Source: Chiloscyllium plagiosum (Eukaryota). Taken from it: DNA of 40,468 bases. Numbering within the stretch: the stretch's first letter is position 1; every line of letters starts with the position of its first letter. A program made the position numbers and the translations under genes. Shown here in pieces: positions 1 to 12,765 of the stretch. The stretch lies in the NCBI RefSeq assembly GCF_004010195.1, contig NW_025215165.1, positions 12,938 through 53,405 on the forward strand, written 5' to 3'. Under the pieces are notes generated by a model, which was not told where the DNA came from, made no database searches, and was given only the letters and a program-made list of their open reading frames with translations.

Positions 1-113
1 TTTAGTTAGCTTCCTCTGTCTGGGCTGTTCATTGCAGTTTTTTTCTGTCAATGTGAATGGAAAAGGGAATAAAGGTAAAGATTCAGTCTCTGTCTCTGTG
101 TGCTTTGGAAATA
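1..113 (+). repeat. Fragment of the local segmental-duplication unit
   Basis: 1-113 (agcttcctctgtctgggctgtt...aataaag...attcagtctc...tgctttggaaat) aligns directly to ~40221-40341 and inverted to ~11772-11900. Confidence 0.85.
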
Positions 114-438
114 GACAACCTCCAAACACCCCCCAAATTGATTGGCTGTATTTCAGCAGGTCATTATCACAATTGGTTGCTTGGCCTGTCAATCAATTGC
201 AATTATCAATCATTAATCATTTTCAAATGATCCCTTTGATCAGGGATTTGTGAAGGTTACAAGGTTCCAAAAAGAACAAAAACTGAAAGCTGCTCGGACT
301 CAATAAGTACAATCTGACGCATTCCCCTTCACTCTGTTGGTCCAGGCCCAGCTGATGGGATCGCACTGTGTAATCTCTGCTACATGTTGGTTAGCCGCTG
401 AAACAATCTTTGGCCATTCACAGACATTGTCGGCCTTA

Positions 439-683
439 TGTGTCTCTCTGAGTGAGTGTTTAACTTAATGTTGCCTGTAGGTCTTTATCGGTGTGTGGTC
501 TTGTTACTCAGAGAGACACCTGCAGGCAGCACTGAGTACCATGCTCACACTCAGAGACACACCCACAGACAGCATGGAGTGTGAGCATGTTACTCAGTGC
601 TGCCTGTCTCACATAGTGTTCCCTGTCGGTGTCTCTCTCAGTGCGAGTGTGTTACTCTGTGCTGCCTGTAGGTGTCTCTCTGA
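439..683. repeat. Mixed-orientation ~42-nt repeat forming a long imperfect inverted repeat
   Basis: 508-570 is the approximate reverse complement of 621-683; 523-552 is also the reverse complement of 577-606; 439-482 is a diverged direct copy of 629-672. Confidence 0.8.
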
Positions 684-823
684 GGTCTATGTGTCCGAGC
701 GATGGATTGAGAACGGGCCTTGTGCTGGGGATTGAAGATGAGGCTTTTATCTTCTCAAATCATGAATGAAAAACAGTTTAGCTGATTCAGTCTGTGATGG
801 CAGCTCATTCAGATGGCCAAAGT

Positions 824-960
824 TAAAAATCCAACAACACCAGGTTATAGTTAAACAGGTTTATTTGGAAGTAGAAGCGTTCAGAGCACTGCTTCTTCAT
901 CAGGTAGCTGGAGGGGCAGGATCATTGGACACAGAGTTTCGAGTAAATTGAGATGGCAGC
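824..960 (-). mobile_element. Penelope-derived short terminal repeat with a degenerate hammerhead core
   Basis: Minus strand reads cCTGATGAagaagcagtgctctGAAcgc...ttccaaataaacctgt...ataacctggtgttg, resembling Penelope-like element termini (CUGAUGA, stem II, GAAA-like). Confidence 0.6.
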
Positions 961-2099
961 TGAGAAAGGTGAATACTGAGAGTGTATTCTTAGTAAGTGA
1001 GGGATTTCAGACGCAATGGGCACTGTGCTCCCGAATGTGTTGCCCAATTCCGAGGAGATTTTCTGAATGCAGAGTCAGAGCAGTTGTGGTTTCCTGCCCA
1101 GCCAATGCTGGCTCCCCATATTCATATTTTAATGGTTAATTAACCTCAAGCTAAATGCAGCAATATTACCTTCCAGGGAGGGGAGCTGTCTGAGGGATGG
1201 AGGTTGAATTCTTGCAGCCCCAAGAGAGGTTGCGGTGGATTAATGACAGGTATGACCACCATGAAGGTGCCACTTTCTCTCCCCTCGCCCCAGCTGTGAT
1301 GTCCCTCAGGTTAAAAGTGTGACTGCTCTGAGATGATGACCACATTCCTGGGTGATGGAGGGAAGGTCAACCTCTCCCAAAGGCAGCACAGGCTGGATCG
1401 AAGGGACATCAAGAGTAAGCATGGGGAGATTGAGGGTGACAGAAGGAGGGGGTTGGTTGGCAGGTTGTTATTCAGAGTCAGCTCCCAGAGCATCAGTCCT
1501 TCTGACACTCCCCTTTTTATCTGTCAGCCAGGACTCCCTGATTGGACAAAGTTAACTGTCCCTGTCTGAGAACTCATATTTTATCAAAAAGAANNNNNNN
1601 NNNNNNNNNNNNNNNNNNNNNNNNNNNNNNNNNNNNNNNNNNNNNNNNNNNNNNNNNNNNNNNNNNNNNNNNNNNNNNNNNNNNNNNNNNNNNNNNNNNN
1701 NNNNNNNNNNNNNNNNNNNNNNNNNNNNNNNNNNNNNNNNNNNNNNNNNNNNNNNNNNNNNNNNNNNNNNNNNNNNNNNNNNNNNNNNNNNNNNNNNNNN
1801 NNNNNNNNNNNNNNNNNNNNNNNNNNNNNNNNNNNNNNNNNNNNNNNNNNNNNNNNNNNNNNNNNNNNNNNNNNNNNNNNNNNNNNNNNNNNNNNNNNNN
1901 NNNNNNNNNNNNNNNNNNNNNNNNNNNNNNNNNNNNNNNNNNNNNNNNNNNNNNNNNNNNNNNNNNNNNNNNNNNNNNNNNNNNNNNNNNNNNNNNNNNN
2001 CCTATCCCTCCACTTCTCCCTCTTCACCTCATCCCCACCTTCCCACTCCCCCACCTCACTCCACAACCCACCTCCGTCCCAATCTTCTTTCTCTCCCAC

Positions 2100-4540
2100 A
2101 CCCATTCCACCGTGCTGCATCACAACCAACCCTCACCCACCACATGCCATCACCCTTCCCCCCTCTCCTCCTTCAGCCAACTTGGGCCCACCCGAAAACC
2201 TCACCCCTGAGCCTTGTCCCATATTTACTATCCCTCCAACCTCGAACTCTCTGAGGCTAAAACGTCCATCCTCAGGAAAGGGGTCACAGTCATTCCCGCC
2301 CGACCCCCCCTCAATGAAACCCGCACCCACCATGACACGGAGCTCTTCTTCCACCGCCTCGACTTCCATGTCTTCTTCTTTAACAAAAACTCCCAAACTC
2401 CCTCTGAGGACCCCTTCTCCCACCTCCAACCTTCTTCCTCCATTTGGTCATCAACCACTCCCCACCACCAGCTGTGTACACACTCGAGACCTCTTCATTG
2501 CTGACTGTTGATGTGCCGTCAGCCGCCTCAATTTTTCTCCTCACCCACTCCAACCACACCCCCTCCGATCGAACACTCTACTCTCTCTGCGCCAACCCTG
2601 GTTCACCATCAAACCCGCTGACAAAGGTGGGGAGGTGTTAGTCTGGAGAACAGACCGAAATGTCACAGAGGCCGAACTCCAACTCTCAGACACCAAGTCC
2701 TACTTCCCCCTTGCCCATGACCCTGCCATGACCCATCAGGCCAAAATCATTCACACAGTCATTGCCCTCATTGCCTCCAGTGATCTCCCCTCCACTGTCT
2801 CCAGTCTGCAATTCCCAGTTCTACCTGCTCCCCAAGATCCACAAGCCCAACTATCCGGCTGATCCATCGTCTCAGCATGCCACTGCCCCACTGGACTCCT
2901 CTCATTCTACCTCAACTCTCCTCCTTGGTTCAGGCACTGCCCACCTACATCCGCTACACCAGTTATGCCCTCCATCTTTCCAGAAACCTCCAGTTCCCCA
3001 GCCCTAAGTGCTTTATCTCCACTATGGACGTGCAGTCCTTATATATGTCCATACCCCATAAGGATGGCCTCCAGGCCCAACACCTTTCCCTCTGCAACAG
3101 AACCATCCAGTCCCCCTCTACCAATACCCTCCTCCGTCTTGCCAAGCTGGTCCAGGGGGTGGCCATGGGCACCCGGTTGAGCTATGTTGACTACTCCCTC
3201 TTCAGTGACTATACAGGCACTGTGCTCCAATTCTTCTGCCATTACATCAGTGATTACATTAGTGCAAGGCATCCTGCACCCAGGCTGAACTGGAGCAGTT
3301 CATTGACTTTCCCCACAACTTCCATCCTGTCCTCAAATTCACTTCATCCATCTCAGACACCTCCCTGCCCTTTCTTCACTTCTCCATTTCCAATTCTGGC
3401 GATAATCTTCAAACAGGCATTTACTACAAACCCACAGACTTCCTGAACTACACCTTCTCCTAACCAGTATTCTGCAAGAACTCTATCCCATTCTCCCAAT
3501 TCCTCTGCCTCCACTCCATCTGCTCGGATGAGGAGACAGTTCGCTGATCACAGATGTCCACCTGTTACGAATAACGTGCTTTTCCTCCTTCTGTCATCCG
3601 CTGCACCCCCTCCATTTCCCGTTCCATCGCTCTAAACCCACCCCCCTCCAAACACAATGAAGTCAAAGTCCCCATTGTCCTTAACTATTACCAATCCTTG
3701 TACCAATTAACATACCATCCTTAAACACTTCCACCAACTCCAACTAGACCACACCACCAAGAACATCTTCCTCTCCCCACCCCTGTCTGCCTTCCACAAG
3801 GACTTTCTCTTTGACAATTCTTGCCCACCTACCCTCCCAAACCCCCAGGAACCTTCCCCTGCAACCCAAAAAGATGCAAAGCCTGCTGGTACACCAATCC
3901 CTCCCCTCCATCCAGGGTCCCAAACAGTCCTTCCAGGTGAGACAGAGGTTCACCTGCCTCTCCTCCAACCTAGTTCACTGCATCAGGTGCCCGCGATGTG
4001 GTCTTCTCTACATTGGGAAGACCAAATATAAACTTAGGGAACATTTCACCAAGCATCTCAGCCAGGCCTGCAGAGGCTGACCATACCTCTCAGTCACCGC
4101 CCATTTCAATTCCCCTTCCCATTCCCTTTCCGACATGACCACCATCAGCCTCCTCCATTACCACAATGAACCAAACCACAAATTGGAGGAACAATATCTC
4201 ATCTTCCATCTGGGCAGCCTACAGCTCAGATGACACAACATTAAGTTCTCCAATTTCAAATAACCACTCTTCTCTTCTCCCGACTCCCTTCCCAACCCCT
4301 ATCCCTCCCTTCCACTCCTCCCTGCCACCTACCGGATTCATTCCTCCCATTGACCAACCAAATTGTACCATCTACCTGTCATCACCAATCCCCACTTCAT
4401 CATCCTGTCCTCACTACCCCCTTTATCTGCAGTTTCATGTATACCCAACCCCATTCCTGAAGAAGGGTTACACCCGAAACATCAACTTCTCCACCGTCTA
4501 ATGCTGCCTGACTTGCTGTGTTCTTCCACCTCCTGCCTGT
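2100..4540 (+). mobile_element. Decayed Penelope-like retroelement (RT + GIY-YIG endonuclease)
   Basis: Frameshifted fragments: FYLLPKIHKP, FISTMDVQSLYMSIPH, QGVAMGT (RT); NLVHCIRCPRCGLLYIGKT...EHF (GIY-YIG); 3' terminal hammerhead motif at 4457. Confidence 0.92.
4457..4484 (+). ncRNA. Minimal hammerhead ribozyme motif in the Penelope 3' terminal region
   Basis: CTGAAGA-a-GGGT-tac-ACCC-GAAAC: conserved core boxes and a perfect 4-bp stem II. Confidence 0.65.
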
Positions 4541-4957
4541 CATTGAATGGAACCAGCAGGAAAGGGTTAGATCATCAAGTGTCAGGGCCATCNNNNNNNN
4601 NNNNNNNNNNNNNNNNNNNNNNNNNNNNNNNNNNNNNNNNNNNNNNNNNNNNNNNNNNNNNNNNNNNNNNNNNNNNNNNNNNNNNNNNNNNNNNNNNNNN
4701 NNNNNNNNNNNNNNNNNNNNNNNNNNNNNNNNNNNNNNNNNNNNNNNNNNNNNNNNNNNNNNNNNNNNNNNNNNNNNNNNNNNNNNNNNNNNNNNNNNNN
4801 NNNNNNNNNNNNNNNNNNNNNNNNNNNNNNNNNNNNNNNNNNNNNNNNNNNNNNNNNNNNNNNNNNNNNNNNNNNNNNNNNNNNNNNNNNNNNNNNNNNN
4901 NNNNNNNNNNNNNNNNNNNNNNNNNNNNNNNNNNNNNNNNNNNNNNNNNNNNNNNNN

Positions 4958-5292
4958 TGGAAATGAAACACTAATACACAGTGGATGGAATTTAATGTCA
5001 GAAAGTGTGAGACCATGCACTTGGGTCGGATTAATCTAAAGGCCGACTATTAGTTAAATAGTGAGAGATTCCAACAAAGTGCAGTACAGAGTGATCTGGG
5101 TAGTATTGTGCATGATACACAGAAAGTTAGTGCAGGTGCAGCCAGTAATTGAGAAGGCGAAAGGAATTTTCACCTTTATGGCTGGGGGTTGGAATTCAAA
5201 AGTAGAGAAATCCTGTTAAAACTACAGAGGATGTTAGTGAGCCTGCATTTGGAGGATTGTGTGCAATTTTGGTCCTTGTATTTAAGAAAGGA
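4958..5292 (+). mobile_element. CR1 LINE ORF2 fragment (C-terminal part of RT)
   Basis: Translates EFKSREILLKL...LVSLHLEDCVQFWSLYLRK, a CR1 ORF2 motif; homologous to 28270-28600. Confidence 0.8.
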
Positions 5293-7465
5293 GGGACAGC
5301 TATATAATTCTCTCTCCTTTTATATTTTATCTCCATGTCTTCCCAGCAGTCACCTGACAACATCACACACATGTGCTAAATCTAGAATGAATCATGAATC
5401 TCTGGGAGAACATAATCTATGACAACACTGAGATTAATGACCACCTCCTCAGTGGGCTTTGAGGGTGAAGGTCAACAGCCGTCTCATTGGGACTTGATTT
5501 GGGTTATCTTGATCGTGATCCGGTTTTTGTCTGGGTCTAGATAGTACAGACCAACCTCAGACCCTGTGATCTGATTGAAGTGAAGGGTTAGCTGTGCTGG
5601 GCTTTCACACATGGGTCACACACATAGTGAAGCAGGGATTACTCTTTTCATGAGAGTAAATGGAACTAACAAACTGGATGGGTGTGACACCCCCACCCTG
5701 TCCCCAAGAGAGTGCGGACAGGAACAGTAATATTCTCAGACAGAAAGGATGGTAAAAATGATATCCCACAAAGAGAGAGGAGACAGGAAAAGTGACGCTC
5801 CCCAGAGACAGGCGAACAATAACTGTGTGTTCCCCACTTTCTTGTTGTGACATATGTCCTTGGGAAATGGGTTTGGTTTATATTTTCTCAATTGTATTTA
5901 GGTTTGATGAGGTGATTCGGGAACAAGGATTCCAACTCCATATTTTGCGTTGCAGCAGATCTACTGAAGGATATGTTTTCATCTGGAGTTTGCCCAGGTT
6001 TCTGTCCAGGCTGATACAGCATGATCTACCAGTGCTGCTCCTATTGGGCTAAACCATCACACACCAGCGAATCTGACGGCACTTTCTCTTTGTGCTGGCA
6101 AAGGGAGAAATTTGCTTTTACTGCAATGGCGGCCAAAGAAATAGGTCAGTGGGTGTCTTTCCAGCCTGAAAATAATGTTCTGATGCTCATGATGGGATTA
6201 ACCTCAACAGTTCTCACTTGCCTTTACCCCGACAGTGGGGCAGGAAGTCACCACGCAGTGGTCTCCTGGCTCACACTGAGAAACCAAGTTGATGGTATAA
6301 CTGCAGAGAGCAAGACAAGTAAACTCTCAGTATCTCAGGGAACAAACACAACTACTGAGCTACAAAACTGAACAGGATATTTTTATGACAAATTGGCATT
6401 CCAAAAACAAAATACAAACACAATATGCATAAAACCTGAGTACAATCTAATTTCAGCGACCACAGCATTTTCTTTGAAAGCTGGATGATAATGAGATGAG
6501 AATTCGAACAGCCACCCACTCCATCAAACAGTGTTGAAGTTGCATTGTCCTCATCATAACACATTTGCAAGCTTCTTAATAACACAAAAGGGGAGAGAAA
6601 CATTGCAAACTGTATTACCACGAGTCAGGATCCATTAAAAACTAGGACCATGATGTTAAATGCTCCCAGCCATAAACAACACTGATGCATTCCCATCATT
6701 AGTTTGTTAAATGATGTTAAAAAGTCTGCCAACCACTTTCATGAAGAAGGAGTATTTAAATCTCAAGAGGCATGGATGACTTTTTTTCAGTACCATAGCA
6801 AAGAAGCAGCAGCTGACATATGAACTCCAACAAACTAATGATAACAGGCACTGAATACAGAGCAGGATCCTGAGAGAGAGAAAAAAAAAACAACAGCAGA
6901 GATCTGTCCAGTGCTGGGATCATTTTAGACAAGACACCTTGTTGCCAGCAAGTTACTGCAGCCTGAAAACTCCAGTACGGTCAGAAAGAGAAAAAGGACA
7001 ATGTGCAGATTGTTGAACAGGCCCCTACACCTGGGCCTGAGGCAGGAGCCCAAGCTCCAACACACTGGCCTCACTTCACACCAACCTTCACACAGTGCGG
7101 GGTCATGAACTCCGGCCATCAATCCCTCTGGGACCAGGACGGAGTGAAGGAGCAGAATCAATTGTAGAAGAGTCAATAAGGAGTAAAGCAAGATGGAGAG
7201 GGTTTTTTGGAAAGGGGTTAGAGGAGGAAATAGAGTTTGTGTCACTCAGTACTGACATTGTCTACATGTATCACAGAATTAACAAAACAGCACACTGTGA
7301 AGACAAACAAAAGTCACACCAAATGACTTGTCACAGGGGACATTTTCATTGTGGTGTGACAAGTACCCTGCTTCTAAAGCTGTGCACTCGATGTGTCTCT
7401 ACAGATGAGCCGGTTACCTACAAGCAGAGTCCCAGTTTACTTTTTACTGATCAGGGACAATGAAG

Positions 7466-7483
7466 CAGCTGCCCTCTAGTGGC
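7466..7483 (-). promoter_or_regulatory. CTCF-binding motif
   Basis: Minus strand GCCACTAGAGGGCAGCTG matches the CTCF core consensus CCAC/GYAGRKGGCRS; TGCAAG starts 16 nt upstream of CCAC, resembling the upstream (ZF9-11) motif. Confidence 0.75.
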
Positions 7484-7609
7484 GAGAGAGCGCTTGCACG
7501 GCTGCTGAGGATTATGGGTAAAGTCCCCTTCAATTCGCGCCCACACAAACCTGCAGCCACTTCAGCTGCTTTATTGAAAACCACAAGCTTTTAAGGCACT
7601 GATCCTTCA

Positions 7610-8290
7610 ATGGTGGAACTGGCCACACGATCATACAAATTAACGACAAATGAAGGAGATTCATCCTCTTGAGCCTGCTCCCCATGGCTGACCTGATTAT
7701 TCCACATTCTTGCCTTATTCTGATAGATTCTTGATAAGCAATGACTGTCTCCTTCTTCACTACAAGCATTCAGAGGTTTCATTTCTGTGTTTGAAGAAGA
7801 GTTCCAAAGATCTATGACCTTAAAGAAAAAAAACAAAACCTCCTTATCTTGGTCTTAAATGAGGGAACTTATTTTAGTTTTATATTCTCCCTGAAAAGGG
7901 CACATTCTTTTCACATCCACGCTGTATTCTATGTTCATGTTGATATGGCATCTGCTTTAATCAGCTGCTCTGTCATGAGAACAGCTACCTATCCTGCCAC
8001 CTTCAGTGACTGATGCACAGAAACATCCAGGTCCTACTGCCCCTACACCCACCCATACTTGTACCCTTTAGTTTGTTTTGTCTCTCCACATTTTCCCTCC
8101 AAAATGAATCAGTGACATCTCTTTCCATTAAATTCTATCCGCAACCATCTGCTCATTCCATTAACTTCCCATTAACTTACCTGTATCTTTTTTGAAGTTC
8201 GACACTATCTTCATCATGAGCCATAATACATCCAAGTTGCATACCATCAGCAAATTTTGAAATTATGCCTTGTACACTCAGGTTAACATA
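7610..8290 (-). mobile_element. Old CR1 fragments
   Basis: Minus-strand CR1-like 3' end (FFFKVIDLWNS; aatcaggtcagccatg) and an RT-region remnant (aaatttgctgatggtatgcaacttgg, KFADD-like). Confidence 0.6.
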
Positions 8291-9499
8291 GATTTAACTA
8301 TTTTAAATAGTTTTTAAAATGAACTATTTTATAAACTATTGTAAATTATACCTCAAAGATATTGCCGATCTCTAGTTACTCGGACTGAGTTCTGAGCCAG
8401 ATCATGAAGAATGACTCGCATCACTGCGGGACTGGAGTCACAGACCGGGTGATGACTGGGTTCCCTTGTCCAAACTACATTCGTGAACATGACATTGAGT
8501 TTCATGGGTTTTTTTTGTTCAGATCCCAGCGCCTTCCTTCCCAGATATTACATGACTCACCACCGCCCTCTCCAGGACAATTAGGGAAAGGCAACAAATA
8601 GCNNNNNNNNNNNNNNNNNNNNNNNNNNNNNNNNNNNNNNNNNNNNNNNNNNNNNNNNNNNNNNNNNNNNNNNNNNNNNNNNNNNNNNNNNNNNNNNNNN
8701 NNNNNNNNNNNNNNNNNNNNNNNNNNNNNNNNNNNNNNNNNNNNNNNNNNNNNNNNNNNNNNNNNNNNNNNNNNNNNNNNNNNNNNNNNNNNNNNNNNNN
8801 NNNNNNNNNNNNNNNNNNNNNNNNNNNNNNNNNNNNNNNNNNNNNNNNNNNNNNNNNNNNNNNNNNNNNNNNNNNNNNNNNNNNNNNNNNNNNNNNNNNN
8901 NNNNNNNNNNNNNNNNNNNNNNNNNNNNNNNNNNNNNNNNNNNNNNNNNNNNNNNNNNNNNNNNNNNNNNNNNNNNNNNNNNNNNNNNNNNNNNNNNNNN
9001 NNNNNNNNNNNNNNNNNNNNNNNNNNNNNNNNNNNNNNNNNNNNNNNNNNNNNNNNNNNNNNNNNNNNNNNNNNNNNNNNNNNNNNNNNNNNNNNNNNNN
9101 NNNNNNNNNNNNNNNNNNNNNNNNNNNNNNNNNNNNNNNNNNNNNNNNNNNNNNNNNNNNNNNNNNNNNNNNNNNNNNNNNNNNNNNNNNNNNNNNNNNN
9201 NNNNNNNNNNNNNNNNNNNNNNNNNNNNNNNNNNNNNNNNNNNNNNNNNNNNNNNNNNNNNNNNNNNNNNNNNNNNNNNNNNNNNNNNNNNNNNNNNNNN
9301 NNNNNNNNNNNNNNNNNNNNNNNNNNCTTGAAATTGGAAACAATATCAGAAATAAAGGTCAATGTGATTTTGGATTGAATATTGAGAGTGAGGAGATGGA
9401 GGGGAGAGTGACCATGGCAGCTGTCCTGAAGAATGGTTAGGTCATGGCTAGAATATGGTGCACAGTTAGGGGCTGCTTTGAGGGACAATACATAATGGG

Positions 9500-9695
9500 A
9501 CATGGACAGGGGATCATGGGTCACAAGAGATGTGCAGGCTAGCAAATGGAAAATGCCATGGAAAATGCATGGTTACAGGGATAGGGTAGGGGAGGTGTGT
9601 GTCTGGGTGGGATGGTCTTCAAGGGTTGGTACGAGCTTGCTGGCCTGTGTGACCTGCTTCCACCCTGTAGGGATTGCTCGATTCTCTGATTCTGT
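9500..9695 (+). mobile_element. Diverged 3' part of an HE1-like SINE
   Basis: gatgtgcaggctag...ggttacagggatagggtagggg...gtctgggtgggatggtcttc...ctgtagggatt matches the HE1 tail seen at 26620-26765. Confidence 0.65.
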
Positions 9696-10519
9696 GAAGG
9701 CCAGAACATGATCTCAAAAGTGGAGAGAGGGAATTCTAATGTTCAAAAATTCTTAAACAAATAAACACAGTAAATGTAGATTTATCATCAGTGCAGACAA
9801 ACTGAAATGCAAAATGACTTATGCTCCAGTCATATACCAGGTACAGGGAAGATATCAGGAAAAATATTTTGATGCAGTTATTGGAACTTAATGATGAATG
9901 ATGATAAACATAGTGCTCCATTCAAAAAAAGACAGAATTACTTTTTAGAATTTCAACAAGCCTGAAGCAAAATAGGAAATTAGGATCAAATAGTCATTTG
10001 AGAATATAGTACTTGAGTGAGACAAGATCCTTCTTGTGAAAACATTTCACTTTGCCTTGCTTTCTTTCCATGGATACTGCCTGACCCGCTGGGATCTCCA
10101 GAGTTTTGCTGTGCTATTTCTTACAAATTGTCCTGATGTGCGCAAGACAAAAGCTTTGACAAAATGTTTTTTTTCAGCAACACTTGAATTTGGATCAGTT
10201 TGGAGAGAAAGCAGGGCCATGGAATCATCTTTCCCTGCAGGGAGAGAGGGCGTGTGTGTGGAATCTCCCATGGGCAGGGTTCTCCTGGCTGCCACCACAT
10301 CAGGAAGGCTGGAGCTTGATGATCGAGCTGAATGGACAGGGCTCACTCTCACAGTCCTCAGGGCCATGGAGCCTCTTGTGATGGGAGCATCTGCTTGGTG
10401 TCAGGGCAGACAATGACATTGCAGTGGGATTGGAAATGGGACAACGCGACACTGGATGCTGCACAATGGCTGCACTGACTCTTCCTCTCTGCCTGATCCC
10501 TCCCCACACACAGGAGAAT

Positions 10520-11290
10520 CTGCATTAGGCCCCTGTTCTAAAGGGCTACAATACACTGCAGCACTCCCGAGCTGTAAAGAGAAGAACACTTCTACAAAGA
10601 CTTTGCCAAGAACCAATATTCCCGCAACTTCATCCACAGATGCCTAACAGACAAACAACATGATGAGGACATGCCACGACCTAACTCACTAGCCACACTA
10701 TATAAAAACAACACAGAATTGACAGCTAGACTTCTCCAATCACTCATAAACTGCCCAAAACCTGACAGCCATACTCAGACAGCAACTCATGAGAACAAAA
10801 GGCCCAATACCCACCGTGTGAAAGACAGATGCAATTTACAAGAATCCATGCAATGTTAGCATGAAACACCTCAGTCAAACAGGCAGACAACTAGCCATCC
10901 ACATCCATGAGCACCAACGAGCCACTAACCCCCATGAGCAGCTGTCCCAAGTAGCTATACACACAGATGACAAGGACCACAAATTCGATTGGGCCAATAC
11001 TATGATCACAGGACAGAGCTCAACAGAGGGCAGCCAGAGAATTTCGAGAGGCGTGATACTTATCCATGGGCTCCATCAATAAACACATTGACCTAGACCA
11101 GTATACTGACCACTGCAACGAACATCAGGAACCAGTAACTGGAAACAGCAGGAATGGAACCAAATAAATTCCAGAAGACACAGTACAACAGCGCTTCACA
11201 GGAAGCTCCAAAGCTCTAAAGATGTCACCTAGCAGAGGACAAAATGTCTAAAAATCAACTTCCCAGCTCGGTGAGCATACCCACACTACA
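10520..11290 (+). mobile_element. Decayed 3' fragment of a second Penelope-like family
   Basis: Frameshifted GIY-YIG remnant (IYKNPC; SQTGRQLAIHIHEHQ...HKFDW) and a degenerate terminal hammerhead-like motif near 11215-11250. Confidence 0.8.
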
Positions 11291-12124
11291 GCAAAAGTGA
11301 GTGGTTTTCCTGTCCTACAGTGCTCTCCAAATCCTTACCTGCCATCTTCATAGTCATACCCTCCTGCCACTTCCTACATATGGAATTGGACTGCCTGGAC
11401 CTGAGGCTTATAAGTTCCTTCTGGAACAAAGTCTCCAGGTATCTCCACACCTCCCTGATGTGTCACCAATACTTTCAACTCAGCCTCCAATCCAAACACC
11501 CTGTGTGGGCGTTGTTGTAGATTTATCCATTCACTACAGACGTGTTTAATCGAGTCACTTTAACTCAATAAAGAAATGTTGATCCCATTTACAAACGAAA
11601 ATTTTCTCAGGGCCCTGCATTCCTGCTGAACATGCCCTTCTGGCCCTAACTGTAGTATTGCCCTCCTGCCCCAGGGACCCCACTGCCCTCTCTATTCTCT
11701 CTCTCGTTTTCCGTGCCCTGATGGTGGAGGGTGTCACTTCACACACCTTTCCCTTAGGCTTCAGCTCGGGCCATTTCCAAAGCAGGCATGAGACAGAGAC
11801 AGACACAGAGACTGAATCTTCTTCATCTTTATTCCCATTTTCAGGTTGACATTGACAGAAAACAGACTGCAATTAACAGCCCAGACAGAGGAAGCAGCAC
11901 AAATTCACATCTACAATGGAGCTGAGGAAAACACTTGTGGAGATTTTCCCAATAACATGAGAATCTTGTCCCTTTAAACAGTGACAAAACCTTAAGATGG
12001 AACTGGCGGCTAAGCAGGAAGGAGATCTGATTTACTGAAGCAGAGACTTCTGAGGTTCACAATGTTTTTGTACAGCTGACAGTTTTCAATACCTTTGAAA
12101 GATTATGCTTGTTATTACACGTCA

Positions 12125-12305
12125 ACACTGTCCCCAACAAACAGTCTCCTGGACAGGGACAGAATAGGGTTAGATATAGAGTAAAGCTCTTTCTGTACTG
12201 ATCCAAAAACACCCAGGACAGGGACAGGATAAGGTACAGAATAAAGCTGTCTCCACACTGACAGGAACAGCACTGGTTGGGGACAGAGTGAATCTCTCTC
12301 TACAG
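12125..12305. repeat. Diverged ~65-70 nt tandem repeat (about 3 units)
   Basis: Recurring acactgtcccc...ggacagggacag...gggttagatatagagtaaagctc units; inverted paralog at ~39815-40000. Confidence 0.6.
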
Positions 12306-12395
12306 TGTCACAGTAACCCGCCTTAACCCCTGAACCTCAGAGTCTCCCACAGGCCAGTCTCAAGAAGGAAGGGAGTTGAAATTCAGTGCTGACAA

Positions 12396-12434
12396 TGACC
12401 TTTGTCCTGCCAGCTCAGCCCTGTTCTATTTAAA
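12396..12434 (+). promoter_or_regulatory. Candidate promoter module: DR1 nuclear-receptor element plus TATA-like box
   Basis: TGACCTTTGTCCT at 12396-12408 (reverse complement AGGACA-A-AGGTCA) followed by TATTTAAA at 12427-12434. Confidence 0.45.
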
Positions 12435-12609
12435 GTTGTGTCTCCTCTGTGGACTGTCTCACACACTCTACACACATTCTGATCTCCTGATGCTCTTGCT
12501 GAGGGGAGAGGGGAGGGTCACATGGGTTGAGGGCACAGGAGAAGCGAGCGTTGGACTGGCAAAAGTATTATTTTGAATATTTGTATCCAATACCCAACAA
12601 ACCTGATGT

Positions 12610-12765
12610 TTTTAAAATTCCTTTCTGATTGTGGACATTGAATTCCCCGTCCAAGAGTACATGCTGTGCCCTTACCATCCTCAGAGCTTCCTCCAAGTGC
12701 TATTCAACATGGAGGAGAGACTGACTCATCAGCCAGCGGAGGACAGTACGTGGTCATCAGCCAGA
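12610..12765 (-). mobile_element. CR1-like endonuclease-region fragment
   Basis: Minus strand resembles VE.HLEEALR.VRAQHVL..GEFNVH (APE GDFN motif); paralog at ~39355-39490. Confidence 0.65.

Larger units (their letters stand above)
4540..10210 (+). repeat. Segmental duplication copy Y (direct paralog of ~28140-38210)
   Basis: Colinear blocks: 4540-5290 with 28140-28580; 5300-7525 with 29785-31530 and 33265-35000; 8355-8430 with 36220-36300; 8555-8602 with 36875-36920; 9327-10210 with 37405-38210. Confidence 0.85.

Noticed and set aside
6648..6690. C/D box snoRNA (atgatg...ctga) in the repeated unit
   Set aside because: Imperfect C box, too short, and the motif is altered in one paralog (cataatg...ccga at 34381-34416).
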